A DNA stretch of 63,811 nucleotides, the filler included, from Hyphochytrium catenoides (Eukaryota; Protista; Hyphochytriomycota), in the NCBI GenBank assembly GCA_900088475.1. It is 7 parts of 7 records of this genome, joined end to end, with 100 filler letters (N's around TTAATTAATTAA, not from the genome) between each part and the next. Parts side by side here need not be neighbours in the genome. Positions count along the whole stretch, not along the records: positions 1 to 25,608 come from FLMG01003291.1; 6 more parts are not named here. One strand, 5' to 3'. Each line of letters starts with the position of its first letter. The stretch's first letter is position 1. A program made the translations under genes and the position numbers. The notes below the pieces were generated by a model, which was given only the letters and a program-made list of their open reading frames with translations, did not search any database and was not told where the DNA came from. Of the stretch, positions 1 through 14,400 are shown one piece after another.

Positions 1-3000
1 GCAGCAGGTACTGGAGGACGCGATGAAAGCTCTGTGTTGCCCTCTAACATGGGGTTGACAACCTGGTCTCGAACGTCGGGCGACACTGTGTCCAAGATAG
101 CCCAGGTCATCTCCCACAAATCTTGATTATTTCTTTTCGCAACGGCGTCGAATATGCCATCGGCCCTCATGACGTTGAGAATGTTGTTAAGAGCCTGCAG
201 AGTAGTTTCCTGCAGCACAGAGCTCTCAGCTCTCAGGTCAGCCCCCATTCTCTTGAGCATTTGCAGCCAGAAGAGGTGGAAGGCAGGTAGAGCAGCCAGG
301 CTCTGAATATTGTGCAGGAAGGCTTTAGTCAGCAAACTGGAGTTGCGTAGCCTGATGTCTTCAACGCTCTCGGAGTTTCTGTAGGAGCAGGGCCGGCAAG
401 CACTTTAGCTTTGCAGCAAGACAAAGCATGAAGGAATTGGGTCATATCTTGGACTATAGAGCGTCAAATGATGAAGGACTAGCCTATGAAACGTGGTTTA
501 TAGTGCCGACGCTAGGTACTCTTACCTCTGCTTGCATGGCAGCTTAAAGAGTATTTCATCAAATGCCCGTTTCCAGGCTGTTGGAGAGAGATTTCGACCT
601 GGTAGCAAGAAACAATTTTGCAAGCTTCCCCAAGAGGCCCGAGCTACAGCCTCACGCTCATCTTCGAGGAAGGTGAAGAGAGTTCGAAGAATTGAGAGCC
701 AACACTCGTCTAATGCAATGTCCTTCACGTTGGACTACCATCAATAAGAGAGAGTGACAGAAGGAAGAGAAAGTTAGATGACCGAGACTGATGTCGGCTT
801 CCTGGAGCTTAAAGAACTGATGGATCGGTTAGAAGTAGAGGCTGGGCTCTCTGCAGTTTGCTGACCTCATGGTCCGGGTTCGACGTGACCGTCCCGTTGA
901 AGTTCCCGATGGGTGGCTGGTTGCTGATTTTGAAGGCAAGCGCCTGTAGAACGCGAATAGCCTTTACCGCCTATATCCATTGAACAAGGAATGAGAACTA
1001 GGTAGCTGCATGTGGTACAGCTGTATTGTGATGAGACTTTTGTTCGACAGCGCCGATTTGAGGTATGTTGGAGGAAGACAGAGAGACTAGAGCAACAAAG
1101 GTCAATAGCATGTCAGATTACCTGGAGTTCATTGGCAGAGCCTGTTACGACCTGCGATGCAGGACGATCCCTTCGCGAGCCTATGCCTGCCTGGAACTCT
1201 TGTATGTACCTACGACGAAAGGAGGTAAGATGGGACCTTTTCCTTGAGAAAATGAGAATGGACACGGCTGGGATAGCCTCAGGAAACGAGGGCTTAAACG
1301 GCATCTAGAAAGGAAGCATGCCAGCTCTGTTCTACCTGAGCAAGAGGTCAAGGCACGGCTGAAAATTCAGCACAGTGACGGTGCCACTATCAACCAAGTA
1401 CTCCAGGGCTTCCAGGATGGAGTTCCGGCCATTTGGGTGTCTAAGGTGGTATGGATAAGCACAAAGCAACGAGGGTATTACCACGCAAGCATCATGGGCA
1501 GACCACCATGTGGTCTCGTAGGTAGAATTGCCAAGACAGGACAAAGGGCGAGGACATATTGGCAGAGTTAGTCCTACTCCAAAATATAAACTGTATAGCA
1601 CTTTCAAACACCATAGGCTATACAAACAACAAGGACTACCTGGCGGCCGTCCCAAGGACTCCAAAGATGCTAGCCCAACATTGGGGATCCTTGATAGCTG
1701 AAGCATTTGCACGCAGCATTGTCAGCAAACCAGCAGCCACACGGTCAATCACATCCCCGGGCATATCTCCGCGGAGCCTATACTCCAGAAGGGAAGGTTA
1801 GGAGACAGCCGCGTCTACTGCCGCGGGTGGCAAAGATAGTACATCTGATGCTCTCATCGTGTTGTTCACGAAGCAGAGGCCAACGGCATTGATCAGCTGT
1901 TTAAGAATGCCAAACAGTATATGATAATGCAGACTAACAGGACATTTAGAACTATCCTTAGAAAGAACTAAGCTCCAGGCATACCGCTGGAGAAGCTGCA
2001 GGGAGGCCAGCAGGGGTTTCTGCGCCCCTTCATTGTGCAGAAGCCGGATGCATATCCGTAGCAGATTCACTACAATGCGCTCCGTCAAGAGGTCCATCAC
2101 CACATCCTTGCTCTACAATCATTGTTTTTCAAAGCAAAAGAAAAGTGTAAGACAATGTTGGGAGTGTTAGTGGACTCTTTCCAAGACGTGCGCTCTCCAG
2201 ACGGACAGGAGAAACCAAAGAGCTTTGCTCTTTATCAGATCACGACAGGCATTGGAGCAAGCGGCCAGGTGGAGATGTATATTCTCCAGATAGCCAAACA
2301 GGCAGAGCACAGGTTCCGCATATACCTGCAAGGTCCTCTCGAAGTATGAGTGAACTAAGGGCCATAACTCCTCTAACCTATGATGGTTGGCCAGGACTAT
2401 ATTGGAAGTGATCTCCAAAGCTAGCACAGCGTTCTCTTCCTTCATAGCCTGCGAGATGCAAGAGTGTGAAAGGAAAAGATTAGTGTTGCCGGTCNNNNNN
2501 NNNNNNNNNNNNNNNNNNNNNNNNNNNNNNNGGGTCTCGGGCTAGAATTAGAGCCTTTATGAGCTCCACTAACGATGCAGAATTGAGGTGCCGCGTCTTT
2601 GTGAACACCTACGGACACATTTAGCCGGATATTAGAAGCTAATATGGCTGTTACGCTGCCCCGGGTAGTGGATGGACTGTAGAGAAGTTAGAAAACGATA
2701 GCAGAAAGCAGAGCGACAAGAGAGGTGTGGCGAAAGAAACGCACCGTGACAATCTGTGCCTTTTCCACGGCTTCTCTGAGCGCTGCTTTGACCTTGGCCA
2801 CGTGATTCATTTGTTCTTCTTGGTATTCGGACCAAAGGAAAGTAGATAAGGAGGACCAGAGTCCGAGGCCCTCTTCGGCCTGCAAATGACCACGGCACGA
2901 CCGGTTATCAACTGAGAACGTAGGGAGCCCTTAATGGGGTGTGATAAGTTATTGGTCAACTCTTTTCTCCAGGAAAAAGGAAGCAGTGGCTAATTTGAGT

Positions 3001-6000
3001 TACCACAGACAAAGAAGAAAGAAGCTATTCCCTTCTTACCTTCTTCGCTGCCAACTCTTGAGCCCTTCTCCTCGACCTGCTCCTGACTCTACTGACACTA
3101 TCTTGAGCGTTACCACGGCCGTCCAAGTGCTCCGATGGCAACGGAACACCTACCAAATAGTCCACCAGAGGAGACAACGGAGGAAACGAGAGGGGTTGGT
3201 CTATAAGGCTGGGAAGTAGCAATGGACGACGCCTCACGTTATAAGCGCCTGTGCTACATCGACTGCCTTACCTTGTGAGTCTACAAAATCGTCCATTTCT
3301 ACAAGGGTGTCAGGAAGGGCGTCTAGCTCGTTAAGGTGGAGCATGACGTCTACTAAATTACGCCAGCCTTCGCGAATGTAGTCCCCAAATTTCTGCCCTA
3401 AACCGTACAACGATTGTAGGGTCCTGGCAAGGAAAGTAGAATTGAACAAAGGCACCTGAGCTACCGCCAGTAAGGAGTCCAACGAAAAGAGTGAAAGAAG
3501 AGCCAACGAGGACAGCTCTTGACGTCCTCGTACCCTGAAGCCCTCGTCCGAGACTCACCATAATGCCCTGTTTGCGCGATTTGCGAACAGCCCGACCTCC
3601 TTCTCTCCTGTTTTATCTCTCTCTGCTACCACACCACCTCCCTGCTGGAGATCCTGCACCAGCGCCGGTGCATTTTTGAAAAAGAGCCTGGCGAGGGCAA
3701 TGACCAGTTGGTTGACAGCCTCGCAGTGCTGGTAGTAGACTGCAATGGTGCATAGATGTAGAAAGGTTTCTGACGACTTTTGGACAGTTGCATCATCAGA
3801 AGTCTTTTCATAGACTACCGTGGAAGGTAACACCGCTGAGTCAAAGAGGATCGAGAACATTTCACGCTCATGAAGTCCTATAAAGAGGTTGAAGATGAGT
3901 AATCAATTCCATTATATGCGAATAGACAGAGCAAAGGAAAGGATATGTCATGTGAATGAGGGACGGGTATTTGATGGGATCCTTACCGGCCCTGAACTGC
4001 TTGATGATGGCATTGGACGTAAAAGATGCGTCGACGACATGACTCCTTCTCTTCAGCACTCCGTCCCATTGCGCATCTGCCTGAAGCCCTTTCTCAATGT
4101 CTTTCGCATCGTTCCTCATTTTGATCTCATCTCCCTTGATGCCTTCATACAACGCGGTAAGAAACTCTAGTGGCAGGTCTTGGCCGTTATTGATGCCGCG
4201 GTTGTTGCGGACAAACTCTTCAACGGTCATCTTCTTGGTGACCTGTAGGTTGAAAGGATGGACTTATCAGGACCAGAAAGGACGAGCAAATGAAGCCTAG
4301 AGGTCAAGACCACACGCAACAAAAGAAGGATAAGAGTGCAATCCATGCGTAGTTATCATCAGCAGTCAGAGACCCTTATCAGCTCCGAAACCATCCACTT
4401 CACTAAACACGTAGAACCGTCAAGCTGGTTGCCAACATTGTTTCGTTTGGAAGTGGAAATTGCAAAGAGAGAGGCTGCTCCTAAGGTTACCTGTGCACTA
4501 TGCAGGTCGGTGTTGAGCATAATAATAGAGAAAGAGAGGACAAAAGCGGCGTCTGCGTTCGCAAGGGGAGAGTCTGGGCTTTGCTCATACAGATGTTTAG
4601 AGAACGCTTCCATTATGCGGTCAATCTTTTGGGCTTCCCCAGGCAGTCTGAAGCGCTCAAGGAATAAGCGAAGGGCGTTGTCTATAGTCAGCCCACGGAA
4701 GTCGAAGAGTTTAACGTAAGCATTGCGAACTTCCTCTTGGAAGCGGTACTTCTCCGGTGGGCCCTCGCAGATATAGTCTCCGACAATCGTCTAAACGTTT
4801 TCAAGAGTTGTCAGTCGGCTAGGCTTCCAGCTAAGTGCCCAATTTGAATGTTCTCAGGGATGTTAGACAAAGGGTAGCCAGAGGAACAGCGATGGTAACG
4901 TCTAAGAGAACATAGTTAAGTGTGCTAGTTGTTCCCCTAGTATATGCTTTCGAAGAAGCACACGGTAAAGAAAGCGCCTTCGGTGAAGAGCAAGGTGGAG
5001 AACAGACAAGCAAAAACGGACACAATACATAGAGGCGTGCACAATACGTAGAGGCGTGCATAATCAGTGGACGGGCACCTTGTCAAGTCCGGGAGTGTAG
5101 AGTAAAAAGCGGGCCACAGACTCTGCATCAACTGGATCTGGCAAGAGTCCTAGCTGTTGCACGTAAGCGATCCAACCCTTGCGGTCCGTGTTGAATGCTT
5201 CGGCGGCCATAAAGAGACGCTTCTTGATTCGCTTTCGCCGATGAAGTATCTCTGCGGTGCGCTCACGAGCTGTCTCCATCCAAAACTGTGAAAACGTAAA
5301 GTACAGCATGGTAGAACAATTCAAGGCAACATAAGTAGCTTTCCAACGTGCCGATTAACCGCGTGGTGAGGAGCAAGAGGAAGAACTTACGTGGCTATCT
5401 CCATCCACTTCCGAGTCGCTCTCGCTGTCCAGACCTGGCCCCGGCATATCAAGCCTTAGCGCTTCAGAGATAAGGGCTGGATTCAGGTTCTCTGTGTCAT
5501 CGTCTGCGGGAGGAGACCAAGGCCCGATTGCCAACCTGGCGCCCTCACCCTCTGTCAAACATTGTTAGCAATAGTGCAAGGAAGCTCCATTAGTGTGCAA
5601 CTCTGGCTGATTCCGGCAGCAGTCAGGAGGAACTGATGACGTGATACCCATCTATAGCAACACTCCTACGACAGAAGAGAAGAGGGATATCTATTTCCTT
5701 TCCTGCCATCTGAGATGGCCCCTGGACGCGAACACAACACCACAAGAGAGAGGATGTAGCAGAAGAGTCGTACCTTGACCTAGCGGACATCTGCTCGCAA
5801 TGGACTCAATTATAGCGCGGAGGCCCTCAAAAGCTAACAGGTTCAAAACATTCAGCGGCAGTCCGGGCTCTGGGTTTGAGTGCTTCGCCAGCGCGCGGCA
5901 GAGAGACTCAAAGAGGTTGGTGCAGTGCACATCGCAATCATAGTTTATATATAAGTCCAACATCAGCGCAGGCTCTCGGCAAAATTCGAGTAGTGATTCC

Positions 6001-8462
6001 TGAGTGAAGAGGTGATAAGTCAAAACGAAGAACCAAGGCTCCTGCTAGCAACCGCAGAGTCACGATCACAGAAATGACTGCGCGAGAAGGGAAATGAAGG
6101 TAAAGATGTCCCATTCCAACTAAGGCGAGGGCTTCAGTCAAGACAAGAAGACATGGAGTGGTTAGTGTAGTCTGACCATTGCCAGCTCCTTCTGCTCATT
6201 GCTGCAGGAAGGACTGTCGACAATCCTCATGTGGACGCTGGTGAAGAACACCTCCAGCTGAACCTTAAGATGATGCTTGATAGAGTTGAACAAATTGAAG
6301 ACTACTCGCAGAGTCAGAGATAGGACAGTAAGATCTTCAGTTTGACTGTTTTGGAGGAGGTATTTGCATAGATCTCCCTGAAGGACCTGGGAGAACAGTG
6401 GCACAAGTTAGGGAGCCGTCAGTTTCTCTCACCACAGCGAACTAGAACGTACAAAAGCTTAGAGAGTCATAATATCACGGTAAGTCGATGACAAGAAGGT
6501 CAGGGGAGTGTCCTCATTCATAGCTGGCCCTGTAATCTCACCTGTACTAGCGCCCTGTGCTTGCCTAGCTCTGCTCCCGCTGTCTCCAGCACAATGTTAA
6601 TTAGGCTTAACCCCAGAACTCGAGCGCTTTCATCTCTGGACACAGGGGAGACCAGGTTGGAGAGGAATTCAAGGACCCGCTGTAAGAGAGGAATCCCATA
6701 GGAAGCGAGATCGCCAAACTCTTGGGACTGTCGCCGAATTTTGCCTAAGACAGCATTCTCCGCTCCCGGAGGGAGAACAGGAATTTGGCCAGTGCTTGAG
6801 GCGGCGGATGGTAGGGGAGGAGGCGGGCTGGAGATATTAGATCCTTCAAAGTCCTCTCTCTTCCCTTTAGACTCTTCTTTGTACTGCTCTGAAGCTGCCA
6901 GTGGGTCTTCTGGATAAACTACAGGGATCTGTTCCAATGTCCCTAAACTATGCATAGAGGCTGAGGAATGATGAGATGCCCTCTCAAGCTCCAGCCCCGA
7001 CCCTTGGGCTTGTCCCATGTCTTCTCCATCTTCCCGTATCTGCCGGTCTCCTACTTGCCTCTCTACCCTCTCGGCCGCGGGAGGTTTCAGCTTTTTGTGG
7101 GCAGCGCCAGAGCCTAAAAGCGTCGTCTCTGGTGCACGCTCTCCCTCCTCAAGGGGCTTGAACTCTGAGATCCTTGAGAAGAGAGTGAGCACAATGTGTG
7201 CTAGCGTATTTTCAGCGCTTTTCTGCAGCAGCATTGAGGCAATGGGTTGCTGGCTAATGGTGTGCACGGTCTCCACCATGGCCCAGACGTTCTCTCCTGT
7301 GATAAGATATCCAACAGACGAACGAAGAGCGTATTCGCTCATCTCCAAGAGCTTCATAATCACCATCTCATCGCTCTCGTGCTCTGTTGCTTCAAATCGA
7401 CAACGGAAAACGGCGATGGCAATCTAGACGAGCAGTTAAAAGAAGGGATAGGATATGCGGAGACGTAGAAGAAATCAGTGCCATCGAAAGCGTAAGGGTT
7501 TATGGTTGAATGAAGAAAGAGAAATGCTACTGGTGAGAACTTGGCATGGAACGGGAAGCAGGGCCTATCTGCCACGGAGGGTTGTTGAAGAGAGTTCATT
7601 AGAGAAGCACAAAGGATGACTCTTGGAAGATTGAGCACTAGAGAGCAAGGAAGGAGAACGAAGGAGAGCAATCGAGAAGAGAAGCAAAGACCTGGTTGAT
7701 GGCTTCCTTCGCCCTGATGGATTCCGGTTGTATAAAGTTATAAAGCAGGAACTTGTTGATGGCGGCAATAGCTGCGCCTGTCATGGGCCCCGTGGTATAT
7801 ACAGACTTGATCACGTCAAGGAACGGCTGCAGATAACGCACAGTGTCCACTTCGCTTAGGTCGTCCAGTGTCTCCAGGTGCTTGTGCAGGGTCTTGAAGG
7901 AGCGCATCAGCGGGCTTTCATTCTGAGGACGTAGATAGAATCCCGTGTAAGTGCAGGATGGGGGTTGAAGGAGAGTTAGAGAGAATGGCCACTAGACAGT
8001 ACGATGGGGAGAATGAGAGAGGACGTAAGAGGGGGAAGAACCGGAAGGAGAGCACCATTGGAAGGAGTGGGTCGAGGAGTAAGAAATGGACAGAAACTCT
8101 GCCGTCTTAGTGCAGCTAGCAGAGGGAGAAGAAGACTGGCTGCCAGGCTCGAAGTCAGGAGGAAAGACACCTCCCGACAGCGCCAATAGCGGTCAAGGCA
8201 GGTGAGTTAGCAAGTTGTGCCTCATTGGTCATGGCAATGAAGGATAATCACGAATGGTCGACAGAACAGGCCGAATAAGGGTGAACCCACGCCGTCCCAC
8301 CTGGAGAGGTATCTCTCTTTTGAAGCGGACGCCCGATGCCCACCGTCTGTTGGCCCTCATGACCGCCAGCACATTGTGGATCTCTCCCTTGATACAGTTA
8401 ACGGCGTTCATTCCCGTCGGGCCACTGTACCGCACGAACCGCGAACCCACACTCTCCGCCAT
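1..8462 (-). CDS. GBF1: Large Sec7-domain ARF guanine-nucleotide exchange factor, GBF1/Gea/GNOM family (multi-exon; 3' end runs off the window)
   Basis: N-terminal IKGEIHNVLAVMRANRRW and DCB exon (YLQPFLDVIKS..TTGPMTG.A..AINKFL). HUS region LKVQLEVFF and LYINYDCD..CTNLFE. Sec7 core FDFRGLTIDNALRLFLERFRLPGEAQKIDRIMEAF, DAAFVLSFSIIMLNTDLH, MTVEEFVRNNRGINNGQDLP. HDS exons (IREGWRNLVD, N.HRLEELWP). Start taken as ATG at 8462; 8477 is an alternative. Confidence 0.93.
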
Positions 8463-8667
8463 GTTGCCAGGGAACATGCGAACAGAACTCAGAAGAGCTG
8501 AAGAGCCAGAGAAGGGTGGCTCATAGGCTGCTCCGCGTCGATTGGCCTTTCCGTCAGGTGCATTGATGAGTGAGCAAGATAACGTCGCCACCTAGGGCCA
8601 CACGGACGCAGTGGGTTGACATAAGAGAAGGGCGAGAGAACGGCCACCTGGACGTGCCAGAGAAGGA

Positions 8668-11401
8668 TTAGAGCTGTTCCCTGCGAGAGTCTCCAACCTG
8701 CTGGACAACTGCTTGCCGCCCAGGGTCCCCCGCCGTCACTGCTTGAAAATGCGGTCTTGCCGCGTGCCTTCGGATAGGAAGAGTTACTGGGACGAGCTGA
8801 GATCCCCTAAGCCTCTGCACCTCCCTTGTAACTCTCGTTCTCTCTCTTTCTCTCTCACTCGCTCGAGCTTTTGTTGCGCCTCGGGTTTCCGTCTCTAGAA
8901 CTACTTCTTGTTGGTGTTGCCGTGCGAAGCTGTGAGACGCCAAAACCATGGAGCTACGGATCTTACTACGCCCTAGTATTCCATAGTTCAGGAAGTAATG
9001 GTGCAGGTCGTACTATTACAGCTGAGGACTTGGCCAGATCTGATCTATTAACATTATGACTAGGAGAGAGCTAACGCATTGAGACGCCTTTCCTCTTCCC
9101 TTGCTTGAGGTGCCACGCCTACCTCTGTCTCCAACAGCCTCGTCTTGCTCGGCTCCAAGCTCTACGCCTGGGTCGCTCACCTTGAGCATAGGCTTTACTT
9201 TATTGTTACAATGGAGACGCGCAGCCTCATCTCCAACTTCCTAGGCTGCTGCCTTGGTCGCCAGCGTCCTCTTGAGCTCAACGATACGCCACTGTCTCTC
9301 TCTCTTGGTTGTCTGTCTCTCTTCTTGAACCCCTATCCCCCTACTTGTCTCTGCGGGCTGTACTCGTACGACATGACTATGATAGGCCAAGGCCTTTCTG
9401 CCTTCTCTCCCTGCCTTAAATAACACTCAGTGAAGCACTTTCGTCTTCCTCTTCCTGAAGCCTCACTCAGAGTCGCTAGAACTCTGACGTTCAAACCGCG
9501 TCGGCGCCCGGGCACTGATGAGGGGCGGTGGCACCGTAGCCACCGGAGAGATGAGCTGGGCAGGCTGTGGGCTGTCCTCACCTCCCTCTCCTCGAACACT
9601 ATCCCCGAAGTTCCATCGCCAGCGCTTCTTCGCTTTCATGGTCATAATGGTGCGACCCATCTAAATAAATCGCAACGTACCAGCAAGCGAGAGGTACGGA
9701 GTAAGGGTTGAGAGAGAAGGACAGAGGTCAACCATCGGCTTCCAAGGCTGCAGGATGCCAAAGTAATAAGCCCTTACCTTCACATGGAACGCCTTTCCAA
9801 ACTCCAACTCAAGAGGCTTATTCAAGAAGAGCATCGTGCCATTGGAGCTGTTGGCATCAAACAGCCAAAATTGACCCTAGCGGACAGCATGCAGTCAGTG
9901 TCAACTGTCTCCTCGCCACTTGTTTCTGTCCTGCCTTCCTATCAATCCCATCACTTACATTCTGAAACTTCACACGGGCATGCAGCTGCGAAACAGTGCG
10001 ATACCTAAGAACCATGTCATTGCTGGTCGACCGCCCAATCGTCAGCGTGGCGCCGTTGGGATTCGGGAAGCTGAATAAATTTAGAGATTCCAAGATACAT
10101 CATGATAAGTTCATTTGCCGTCCAGTCTCACACTTCCAAAACCTTTACCTTGAGAAGCTAAGCTGGAACTGGGTGTTCGTCAGTGTCGCAGACCGAGAGC
10201 GCACCTCATGCCGCGTCACTACTGCGAATGTCACATAAGGAGGCGGAAGTTTGGCGGCCAGCAGAGAGACAACGCGGCCACTCTCAAGTCTAACACTTGT
10301 CTTATAAGGCGTCTTGCATACGCTGCACAGGTCCACGCCAGCGGTATTGGTAACCACGCAGACCTTGGGCTTTGTACCCGTGGCATCATCATTGTTGTTC
10401 CAACGCTGAAGACAGGAGAGATGGACATACTTCGTGTCACCCTTGCAAAGGCATGGAGACACCAGAGGGTTTTGATCGTCCACCTCCCCATCGTAGCAGA
10501 TATAACAGAATCGCTCCGTAGAGGTATCTCTTCCCTCAATATTTCGCCTCTCCGCTACGCGGACTTCTCTCTCCTCATCATTTGATGAGTAATCCTCATC
10601 TTCGTCAGTCCCCAGCTCCTGCTTCACTGGCTTGCCGTCCTCTCCAAGCACATTCTCACAGTGTGGGACGCTGAGATAATGCAATTTGAGCCTTGAGATT
10701 TCCTCCTCAGAAAGAGACTCTGTCGTCTCTTCACTGTCCCCTCGGTTTAGCTCGCAGACTACCAGGCCCACAGACCCGAACCGCAAAAGATCTCCTAACT
10801 GTTATACATGAGCTCCGTGAGGACTAACTTTTAAATGAAGCCTTGAAGCTGTAAGATGTACCTTCAAAGAATGCGGAACACAAGGCAGCTTTTTGTTCCC
10901 TAGAACTCTGCACACGCCAGTGTGACCAGAAAAGCGCTCAAGTGATGCCCCGCAGAAGAATTTGCCACTAAGATAGCCAACATTGAGTGCAGTAGCACGG
11001 GTGTCATTCAGAACAAACTCTGGAGGATGCTCAGAGCCTTCTTCTGCTCCTGATCTGGCTCTTGGAGCGTAACCTTCGAACGCTAATGTGATTCAGTCGA
11101 CAGAAGCCTATCAGTCATTGGATCAGGAACGCGAGGACCAATTATTGCACTTACTAGGGCCTCTTACAAGAGCTCCGTTCTCATAGACTGTGAACTCAGC
11201 CTTCGGGGCAAAGCGGCGCCGCCGACTTCCCTCTCCTGGAGAGTTCGTCTCCGCCTTAATTTCCACTCTGATGATAAAATCCACGTACGTTTGGTTAGCT
11301 TTCAAACCTGGGGCTCGCTTTTTGTCAACAGCAACTAACCTGCCCACACTTCTAGTAATGTTCATGACGCTGCCTGTGCGTGAATTCTGATTGCGGAACA
11401 T
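8668..11401 (-). CDS. FHA-like + RING-CH (RINGv, C4HC3) + FHA domain protein, putative E3 ubiquitin ligase (multi-exon; 3' boundary approximate)
   Basis: RINGv CYICYD..LVSPCLCKGDTKYVHLSCLQRW..CSVC in ORF 10145-10786. FHA motifs IGRS..NDM, VSQLHA and SSNGT in exons at 9780-10090. A second, degenerate FHA end (LGDLLRFGSV) lies upstream of the RING. Confidence 0.8.
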
Positions 11402-14400
11402 TGGCCGTTCCTCAAGGCCGAGGCGACTCTCTCCCTAAAATTTGACTCGCAGGCTGACAAGGGAGCCCCAATTCGAAGCTCTAATTCATTGTCAGTCCTT
11501 TGTTCTCCACTAGCTGAGAACTCGAGGGCTTCTCGTCCCTCCCAGAAAATGGCTCTTCTCTCCCACTGTCACCTGTGGGGAGACCGCCCGCCGTCAAAGC
11601 TTCTTTCAGCTCTCTGACAACTGAAAAGAGCGACAAATACGCGGGTTCGCTCTGCGCTACAATGCCACTGCACGATGCAGCCGGCACGAAATGAAAGTCC
11701 AAGTGTGAACCTCACACTGCCTGGGTCTATTCGTGCTTTCCAACGCCGATATCCAAAGCTGTAGGTTTTCAAAGTCTGCACCCCTATTTGACAGAATCTG
11801 AATGTGGGTCGGCTGCGGCTCCTTTGCTTATGCTGGCCGTTCAACTTCGTATGAGTTGCTCCTTGTACTTTTATGGAGTTGGCGTTAAGCCCTAGCCACA
11901 GTTTGTGAGTCCGCTTTGAGTTCCCTGTCTCCCCGCAGCGCACACTGGTCTCGCGTCTTTGCTCTCTGTTGGTCGCCGGTTTCTCGCTATCGGCGCCGCC
12001 CGCTTCACCATTTCCGCCCTGTGCTCTTCCTCGTTCTCTTCTTTTCCCAGGTCGCAGTCTTTGGTCCTTCTCTTTCTGCTGTCTCTTCTCCGCTCTCGCT
12101 CTTTGTCTCGCTCTATCTGCCCCATTCCACAAGATACATCTCTTCTAGCCCTCATATACTACTCTATACTCACCAGCTTTACACTCTTTCTCTACAGCTC
12201 GGTCACTCTGTCTCTCGCCGCCTTTCTTCTGTCTTTCTCTTCAAAGCGACGGTGTCGCCTTTGGCCCTTCCTTGCTGTCCTCTGCCACTCTTCGAACGAG
12301 GCAGGATCAATGTAGTAATACGCTAGAGTTCCACTTTAGGTATGCAGTGATATCATAGCCTTTCTCTCTCGAAGCTCATTACTACTGCAACTGCTCTTCA
12401 CAAGGTAGGTTTCCCCAGTCCCTCGGTGGGAGATGAGGAGGGTTACCCCCAGTATGCCGTGTTGCTGGTGAACTCTAGGGTACTCACTTCCCTTTGGGGA
12501 TGGGGGTGAGTACTCCCGAACCCGCTAACAGGCCATTTCTGGTAACTAGTAATACGCCAATTTTGGTAATACATCTCTAATGGTCAAACTTAGCCCAGAG
12601 TCTCGTAGTAAGATGAAAGGTGATGATGAAGGCAAGAAGGTTCTCAGTAAAAAGCGGGAGTGAGTACCAAGAGGACGGGCAAAAAGGAGGTTTCATATGA
12701 AGAATGTTTCGAGCTGGCCGAAGCATTTCTTTCCCTTCGCCTTCTGCCACCATTTAACCTTGCAAATGCCCCAGTCTTCCGTGTTTGGTGGTAAGACTTG
12801 CCTACTGAAGTTTTCAAGGGTATGTGAAACTATGAGCTGGTTTACAGACGAGTTACGAAGTCCCCTATCACGCCCTTGGCTACAGATCCATCCATCGAAG
12901 CCAGTAGTAATACAGATCTAGGAGCAACAGAACGTCGAAGGAAGGGATAGTGCTGCAATAATGCTTGAAATTGAACTTCTTCATACACCGTGCTTTGGTG
13001 GGAAAGGCAACCACTAAGAAGGAAGTACCATGCCCTTTCTTTCATATGGCTGCCTAGTATAATTCTTGATATTCTGCAATATATCTATGAATGACAGCCA
13101 ATGTAGCATTTTGGATCCTTAATAAAGGCTACAGCCCTCCTTTACTCATAGTGTATTCAGTAACTGGGGGAGAGGGAGCCTGGCAGTTAGTTGGCTCTTC
13201 GAGGGATGCACCTGAAGAGCTTTCTACTTGTAATAAGAAAACTAAGGTGTGGAGGTACAACGGACTTTGAGAATAGATTTCTTTCAATGATTTCAGAAGC
13301 TGTACCGTAGGTTGTGGCATTTCCCAGCAGTGAAAGATATCGTCAATCTTCCCTGACCAGTTCGCATTCTAAAAACCTCTATTTCTCACAAAGGGAGAAT
13401 CAGCAATAAGCACAGAGAAGGGAGAAGGGATGCCTTTTTTGGCGCCACAAACCAAAGGCTATGGCGAGCACAGTGTCTTCTGTACAAAAGCAGTTTTCCT
13501 GCAGATTTACGATGCTTTTCATTGGGCTTCTGTCTACAGCTGACGGATCTGAGATTATGAGAAAGAGCTTCCGCGAGCATCCAAACTTCTTGTTTGTTGT
13601 TTTGTAGCGCCAGTGACGTGCGGTTTTTGGTCTTCCCTATCCCCATTAATCGACATAGCTAATAAAGGCTAGGGTAGAAGGCTTTGTAACTCAGCTGCTG
13701 TTTCTTTCTTCTACTATTCTTCTTTCATTGTGATAAGTAGTAGTCCTCAACAATAAGAAGTACGTCCTGTCTCCAGTGGATGTTATCCCAAATAGCCATC
13801 ATTGATAGTGTACTTCGTACTGTATGTAGGGAGTGCAGGTGGACCATCGCGTTGCCGCTTTCTCTCTCTGAGTTTTATCACTGTTCATTATAAATATTAC
13901 TACTACTGCTGAATGACAAAAAAATAACATCATCTTTTATTATTGATTTCTTCAAAAAATAGCACAATAGAACCACCTACTAATAGGCACTGAAGAGGAC
14001 TGGTAAATTCAGCTGTCGTACGTTGATGTTCCGCATTATCTAGAATCCGAGATCAACAGCAGCAAGCATAATCATAGATCATGATGATCGATAGATCATC
14101 GCCGCTGCTCAACTGTACTTTTGCATGACTTGATAAGACAGCTTTAGTACTCGGGAGTATGCGTATCTACTACTACCATCCTCGTTGTCTACTGTCATTC
14201 GTTAGACCATGAGGATGGCAATCTACTGTTCTGCTACTCGCCGCTTTTCCTCCTACAAACAGGCACCAACCAAGAAGAAGAAGAAGAAGAATTGGCTTTT
14301 TTCTCGAAATAATAGGACTACTTGGTTGTAGCGGTGGTGGCGGTACGGGACGGCCCCGGCGGCTGATATCAAGTCAGTCAATCATGCGGCACTCATTTCG

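Noticed and set aside
3889-7468. Plus-strand ORFs overlapping the Sec7 gene (and similar antisense ORFs over other genes)
   Set aside because: They are antisense shadows of real exons with no independent motifs.
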